Assembly: GCA_963827685.1 (NCBI GenBank)
Contig: CAWHBU010000001.1
Location: 224,001 to 288,000, forward strand
Direction: 5' to 3'
Length of the DNA: 64,000 nucleotides
DNA from: an uncultured delta proteobacterium
GTDB lineage: Bacteria > Desulfobacterota > BSN033 > UBA1163
The notes beneath the pieces were generated by a model. That model worked only from the letters and a program-made list of their open reading frames with translations. It was not told where the DNA came from and searched no databases. Both the position numbers and the translations under genes were made by a program. This document shows, piece after piece, positions 58,941 to 64,000 of this stretch (positions are counted from its first letter, which is position 1; the number at the start of each line of letters is the position of its first letter).

Positions 58941-60320
58941 ATGGCAAAGAAAGAATTCTTATCTCCTTCTATTATTACTAAACTCCCGGGGCCTGAAGCC
59001 AAGAAGGTCCTGAGAAAGGATCAAAAATTCGTATCGCAATCTTACACGCGTGTCTATCCTTTTGTCGTCAAAAGGGCGAGAGGAACTTGGGTAGAGGATG
59101 CGGATGGAAATCGATTCCTCGATTTTACTTCGGGGATTGCTGTCTGCAATACCGGCCATTGCCATCCGAGAGTGGTGAAGGCCATTCATCGTCAGGCAGA
59201 GGAACTTATCCACATGTCTGGCAGCGATTTTTATTATGGTCTCCAATCGAACCTTGCTGCCAAACTTTCTGAGATCACTCCGGGGCCGAAAGAAAAGAGG
59301 GTTTTCTTTGGTAATTCAGGTGCCGAAGCCATTGAGGCAGCTCTCAAACTGTCCCATTATCATACCAAACGGCCTCGAATCTTAGCTTTCCTTGGGGCTT
59401 TTCATGGGCGGACCATGGGCGCCCTCTCTTTAACGGCTAGCAAAGTCATTCACGAAAAGGGATTTTATCCGCTCGTCCCTGGGGTCACCCATGTTCCTTA
59501 CGCCTATTGTTACCGCTGCCCTTATCATCATCGGCAATATCCCAGTTGCAGCACTGCCTGTGTCGATTGGATTCGAGAAGATCTCTTTAAACGGAGTATC
59601 CCCCCGGAAGAAGTGGCGGCCATTTTTGTTGAACCCATTCAAGGCGAAGGAGGCTATATCGTTCCTCCACCAGAATTTCATCAAAAGCTTTACGAGCTGG
59701 CAAAGGAGTTTGGGATCCTCTTTGTGGATGATGAGGTTCAGAGTGGAATGGGAAGAACTGGAAAGATGATGGCGATTGAGCACTGGGGAGTCGTACCGGA
59801 TATTATCGCCTTGGCAAAGGGAATTGCTTCCGGGATGCCCTTGGGAGCTACCGTCTCACAGAGCGAGGTGATGGATTGGGTTCCTGGTTCTCACGCCAGC
59901 ACTTTTGGCGGAAACCCCATCAGTTGCCGGGCCGCCCTGACCACCATCGAACTCCTCGAGGGAGGACTCATTGAAAATGCTGCACGCGTGGGGGCCTACC
60001 TCCTCGAAAAACTGGAGGAACTCCAGAGGCGATTCCCTCTGATCGGCGATGTCAGGGGAAAAGGGTTGATGATCGGGATAGAATTGGTTAAAGACCGGCA
60101 GACGAAGGAAAAAGCGATTGAAGAAAGAAGCAAGATTATTCAGGCCTGTTTTGAAAAGGGGCTACTCATATTAGGAGCCGGAGAGAATGTAATCCGTTTC
60201 AGCCCCCCTCTGATCATCACCCGGAAACAGGCGGACACCGCTCTCACCATCTTCGAGGAAGTTTTGAAGAAGGTTGAGAAGACATTAAAAAATCGTGCCA
60301 CCGTCTCAAAGAGAAAGTAA
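58941..60320 (+). CDS. Class III PLP aminotransferase (GabT/acetylornithine-like)
   Basis: NSGAEAIE, FHGRT, EPIQGEGG, DEVQSG.GRTG, AKG. Confidence 0.93.
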   Translation: MAKKEFLSPSIITKLPGPEAKKVLRKDQKFVSQSYTRVYPFVVKRARGTWVEDADGNRFLDFTSGIAVCNTGHCHPRVVKAIHRQAEELIHMSGSDFYYGLQSNLAAKLSEITPGPKEKRVFFGNSGAEAIEAALKLSHYHTKRPRILAFLGAFHGRTMGALSLTASKVIHEKGFYPLVPGVTHVPYAYCYRCPYHHRQYPSCSTACVDWIREDLFKRSIPPEEVAAIFVEPIQGEGGYIVPPPEFHQKLYELAKEFGILFVDDEVQSGMGRTGKMMAIEHWGVVPDIIALAKGIASGMPLGATVSQSEVMDWVPGSHASTFGGNPISCRAALTTIELLEGGLIENAARVGAYLLEKLEELQRRFPLIGDVRGKGLMIGIELVKDRQTKEKAIEERSKIIQACFEKGLLILGAGENVIRFSPPLIITRKQADTALTIFEEVLKKVEKTLKNRATVSKRK

Positions 60321-60343
60321 GAAAGGGTTATTCCTATAGACTC

Positions 60344-60952
60344 TCATTTTGATCCTAAAATTTGGGTCAATTCGTCACAGGTGATCAGGTAGGCGAAACC
60401 GAAGCCTAAATTCTTTAATGTGGCAAGGTGATGATCATCCTTTCCAGTGGCTGTCCCGTCGATCAGAAAAAAAACCCTGTAATCCCTCATGAAGGCATCC
60501 CGCGCCGTGGTCTCACAGCAGAGGTTTGTCATCACTCCTGAGATGATCAGGTCTTGAATTCCTTTTGATCGAAGGATTTTTTCAAGATCGGTCTCATAGA
60601 AGGCACTGTAGCGTTTCTTAGGAAGAACGATATCCTTTGACTCGATCGTCATTTCTGGAAGAAAATCCCAATCCTTTGTCCCATGAAGGATGACCTGACC
60701 CCACCACGGCCCAAGGACTCCGACATCCGAGCGAGGATCGGTGTGACCATGCTGGGTGAAGATGATCGGAATATTCTTCTGTCTACAGGATTGAATGACG
60801 TTCTGGATATTCTCCAAGACAGATCGGACAATTCGATGAAAAAAGTTCTGGATATCGATAACAAGGAGAGCAGCATGTTTCGGATCAATTACCGCCTTCC
60901 TCTCCCGATAGGGTTCCAATTCCTTCAAGATTTTTTCAAGATTGAGTTTCAT
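60344..60952 (-). CDS. Isochorismatase-family cysteine hydrolase
   Basis: LLVIDIQ, K.RYSAF, GVMTNLCCETTARDA. Confidence 0.93.
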   Translation of the reverse strand: MKLNLEKILKELEPYRERKAVIDPKHAALLVIDIQNFFHRIVRSVLENIQNVIQSCRQKNIPIIFTQHGHTDPRSDVGVLGPWWGQVILHGTKDWDFLPEMTIESKDIVLPKKRYSAFYETDLEKILRSKGIQDLIISGVMTNLCCETTARDAFMRDYRVFFLIDGTATGKDDHHLATLKNLGFGFAYLITCDELTQILGSK

Positions 60953-60964
60953 CTTTTTTCAATA

Positions 60965-61093
60965 AACGCCGTTAGAAATCCCAGCGGGGACATTAAACCC
61001 CGCCGGAATTTTTCTAAAATCTAACCCCGCTGCAGAGCCCTATACCGCATGGTGTACAGGGCAGAGCAGCAGGGCATTATTTCTAACGGGGTA
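60965..61093. repeat. CCGTTAGAAA...TTTCTAACGG element with a nested IS200-end-like hairpin
   Basis: Terminal inverted repeats; the right arm supplies the stop codon of the M20 gene. Confidence 0.7.
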
Positions 61094-62252
61094 AATAGTT
61101 CATGACGATTCGTCCATAGATATGGGCAGCATGGACCAACGCATCCACCTCCACGGATTCATCCGTCGTATGCGACTGATCCACCCCTCCTGGTCCAAAG
61201 ATGAGGGTCGGAATGTGACATTGATTGACATAAAAGCGGGAATCCGTGAATCCAGAGAACGCTCTCAGTAGTGGCTTCTTTCCCATCACCTCTTGGATGG
61301 CCTCCACACCCATTTTGACAATCTCCTCTTCAGGGTTGACTGCAGAGGGTTCAGCGAAATCAATCTCCTCCATTCGATATCGAAAAAAGGGATCCTGCGA
61401 CTGGAGTGAATCCAAGATGCCTTTCATCTCTCTTAAGACTTCCTCCCTATTTTCACCGGGCAACATTCGCCGATCCACCTCAATCTCGCATCGATCGGGG
61501 ACGATATTGATCTTCGTTCCCCCTTGAATGGTTCCGATACTGAGAGTTGCTTTTCCAAGCAAAGGATTTTCTTTTTCTAAAGGAATGGAATTCAATCGTT
61601 CCATCAGCTTCATCATCTTTTCAATAGCATTCACACCCAGATGAGGTCTTGAGCCGTGAACCGATTTTCCAAGTGTGGAAATCCTAAGCCAAAGAGCACC
61701 TTTTTGGGCGATTACGGGTTGGAGGTCCGTAGGCTCTCCGACAAGAGCTGCATTTCCTCGGATCCCTTCCTTTTGAGTTAAGAAACCCATACCTTGATGG
61801 CCATGGGATTCTTCATCAGAGACCAGATGGAGAATGACAGCGCCTTGGTGGAGATGGATTTTAGAACGCTCAATCGTGGAGAGGGCATGAATGAAAGAGG
61901 CAATCCCGCTCTTCATATCGGATGCCCCCCGGCCATAAATCCTTCCTTTGGAAAGCTTTCCCTGAAAAGGAGGATATTTCCATTGAGAGGGATCTCCAGC
62001 AGGAACAACATCGAGATGGCCATTGAAGATCAGCGCTCTTCCACCTCTCCCCCATCTTCTTTCGGCCATGAGGTTCCATCTCCCTTTTGGAGAGAGAACC
62101 GTTTTGATTTTGAAACCCATCTTTGAGAGGAGGGGTTTCAGAAATTGCGCGGCTGCCTTTTCATTTCCAGGTGGGTTTTCCGTGGGAATCTGAACTAATT
62201 GGATTGCTAGATCGACCAGTTCTTTCTTTCTGATGAACCGATGTAAGTTCAT
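61083..62252 (-). CDS. M20 family metallopeptidase (ArgE/DapE-like)
   Basis: NGHLDVVP, GRGASDMK, DEE, GEPT, H..DE. Confidence 0.93.
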   Translation of the reverse strand: MNLHRFIRKKELVDLAIQLVQIPTENPPGNEKAAAQFLKPLLSKMGFKIKTVLSPKGRWNLMAERRWGRGGRALIFNGHLDVVPAGDPSQWKYPPFQGKLSKGRIYGRGASDMKSGIASFIHALSTIERSKIHLHQGAVILHLVSDEESHGHQGMGFLTQKEGIRGNAALVGEPTDLQPVIAQKGALWLRISTLGKSVHGSRPHLGVNAIEKMMKLMERLNSIPLEKENPLLGKATLSIGTIQGGTKINIVPDRCEIEVDRRMLPGENREEVLREMKGILDSLQSQDPFFRYRMEEIDFAEPSAVNPEEEIVKMGVEAIQEVMGKKPLLRAFSGFTDSRFYVNQCHIPTLIFGPGGVDQSHTTDESVEVDALVHAAHIYGRIVMNYLPR

Positions 62253-62522
62253 CGTTGCATCCTCTTGCCCTTCCTCATCTTACAAAGAAAGGAAAATAAA
62301 GGCAACTTCCAAATTGAACCTCCCAAATCCAGAGCTGTGAAAAAACACGACTATACGCCACGCCCTCTCAGAAATCCCAAATTGAATCGTTGACATCCGT
62401 GATGAGGATGGATAAAATGACAGGCAATCAAGAAATAGGGGGGTAAAAAAAGGAGGTGAAGAAGAACAAACATTTTAATCAAGATTTTGAAAATTCCCAT
62501 TCTTTGTTCAAAGGAGGCCTGT

Positions 62523-63827
62523 ATGAAGACAACCAAAAGATTTTTTATTTTTTTCTCCGTTTCAATCTTAGCTATCATGACGGTTTGCTCCCCTGGATGG
62601 GCTGCTGAAAAGGAGATCAAGATTGGTGTGATTTATCCTCTTTCCGGAGCTCTGGCAACGATTGGAAGAGACCTGCAAAGGGCTGCGGAATTCACAGCAG
62701 AAAGCCTGGTAAACAATAAAAACCCTAATGTCGATGTTCTCATGTCGAAATGGGGAGGAATCCCAAACTTAGGGAATGCCAAGATCAAGCTGATCTTTGC
62801 CGACTCCCGAGGGGAGCCGGACCGTGGAGCAGATCTGGCTAAACGTCTCATTCTTGATGACAAAGTCGTCGGATTAATGGGCGCCTATCAAAGCGCTGTG
62901 ACCAAGACGGTCAGTGCGGTGGCTGAGCGGTATGGGGTCCCGATGATCAATGATTCTTCAACTTCTCCAAGCCTGACTCGAAGGGGATTCAAATGGTTCT
63001 GGCGTACTACTCCCCACGATGAATATTTTGACAAAGACCTCTTTGAACTTCTCAAAGGATTAACCGAGGGGAAAGTCAAGGGGGTTAAGTCTGTTCCCAA
63101 GGACCAGATCAAGAACTTGGTCTATGCCTGCGAAAATACAGAATGGGGGGCCAATGTCGCTAAGGATCTTGAGAAGTTTGCAAAGGAGTACGGATTCAAT
63201 ATTGTAAAAGGGCTCCTCTATGCTGGGAACTCACCTGATTTATCTTCTGAGGCGCAGGCCCTGGTTGCAGCCAAACCGGATGGCATGCTCTTTGCGTCCT
63301 ATCTTTCGGATTCGCTCCTTATGATTCGAACCCTGAAGGGAATGAAGGCTTCTCCCCGTTTCTTCTGGGGACAGGACGCGGGGTTTGAAATGGCTGACTT
63401 CACCAAAACCCTTGGGGCCGATACCAATGGGATCCTGACACGGACCGTCTTCATCGCAAAAATAGCAAAGGTGAAGCGAGTCGCCGGCCAGATTAATGAG
63501 CTCTACAAGAAGAAATACGGGGACGATCTGACCGGAGCAACCGCCCGGTCGGTGGTAGGAATTCAGACATGGGCGTATGTGCTGAACCGAGCCGGTTCAA
63601 CTGACCCTAAGGCCATTCAGAAAGCGTGCAATCAAATAGACATTCCAGGTTATGAGCTGGTGATGCCTTGGGACGGGATCAAATTTGATTCGACCGGTCA
63701 GAATATCAAAGGCAGGGGTTTGATCGGACAGTACCAGTCGAAAGAGGGGAAAGTCGAACTTGAGATCATCTACCCCTTTGACCTTGCCACAGCGAACATG
63801 ATCTATCCCTTCCCGGGATGGAAATAA
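62523..63827 (+). CDS. Branched-chain amino acid ABC transporter substrate-binding protein (LivJ-like)
   Basis: Signal peptide, IKIGV.YPLSG, GAYQS.VT, FWRT.P.D; GGAGG RBS. Confidence 0.92.
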   Translation: MKTTKRFFIFFSVSILAIMTVCSPGWAAEKEIKIGVIYPLSGALATIGRDLQRAAEFTAESLVNNKNPNVDVLMSKWGGIPNLGNAKIKLIFADSRGEPDRGADLAKRLILDDKVVGLMGAYQSAVTKTVSAVAERYGVPMINDSSTSPSLTRRGFKWFWRTTPHDEYFDKDLFELLKGLTEGKVKGVKSVPKDQIKNLVYACENTEWGANVAKDLEKFAKEYGFNIVKGLLYAGNSPDLSSEAQALVAAKPDGMLFASYLSDSLLMIRTLKGMKASPRFFWGQDAGFEMADFTKTLGADTNGILTRTVFIAKIAKVKRVAGQINELYKKKYGDDLTGATARSVVGIQTWAYVLNRAGSTDPKAIQKACNQIDIPGYELVMPWDGIKFDSTGQNIKGRGLIGQYQSKEGKVELEIIYPFDLATANMIYPFPGWK

Positions 63828-63834
63828 ATTGAAC

Positions 63835-63869
63835 AGCGGGGGTCATGAATTCATCGGGCCCCCGTTTTG
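63835..63869 (+). terminator. Intrinsic terminator
   Basis: GCGGGGGTC...GGCCCCCGT-TTT after the stop codon. Confidence 0.55.
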
Positions 63870-64000
63870 AATCTTAGCTGGTCTTGAATTTGGTTGTTGT
63901 GAAATTCCAAATTCCAAGCGCCTGCCTTCGCCGAAGCGGCTTCGCGCAGGCAGGCCAAGTTCCAAATAAATTTCAATCACCAAGATTCGAAACGAATATG

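Overview
Chromosomal window from a diderm anaerobe, most consistent with a deltaproteobacterium/Desulfobacterota (inferred from multiheme cytochromes, rubrerythrin, 2-oxoacid:ferredoxin oxidoreductase, sigma54 regulation and Rex). I found no rRNA, tRNA or CRISPR array. Layout: (1) 1-14.1 kb, a minus-strand redox/stress cluster. It includes a pentaheme cytochrome broken by a G9 tract and an OFOR beta subunit fused to a cytochrome-b5-like domain. (2) 14.3-26.1 kb, two RND efflux systems, the first sitting inside the remains of a deleted MdtA/MdtB-like operon. (3) 26-36 kb, housekeeping and toxin-antitoxin genes. (4) 36.5-42.0 kb, an accessory array of 1-2-gene modules. They are separated by a recurring composite junction (GGGGYCAGG... 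plus CATCCATAAAAAAGTTGGC), and one module carries integron-like GTTATGC/GCATAAC boxes. This array is the best candidate for an undescribed cassette system. (5) 42-64 kb: core MetE-like synthase, IS200 inserted between a promoter and groES-groEL, a CbcL-like protein, a ~18-heme cytochrome, rex with a Rex box over its own RBS, and amino-acid genes. Two ~240-270 nt G-U-rich structured intergenic elements, an orphan IS110-like noncoding end and many nested REP/MITE-like repeats are also present. All product calls come from motif recognition by eye; no database searches were run.
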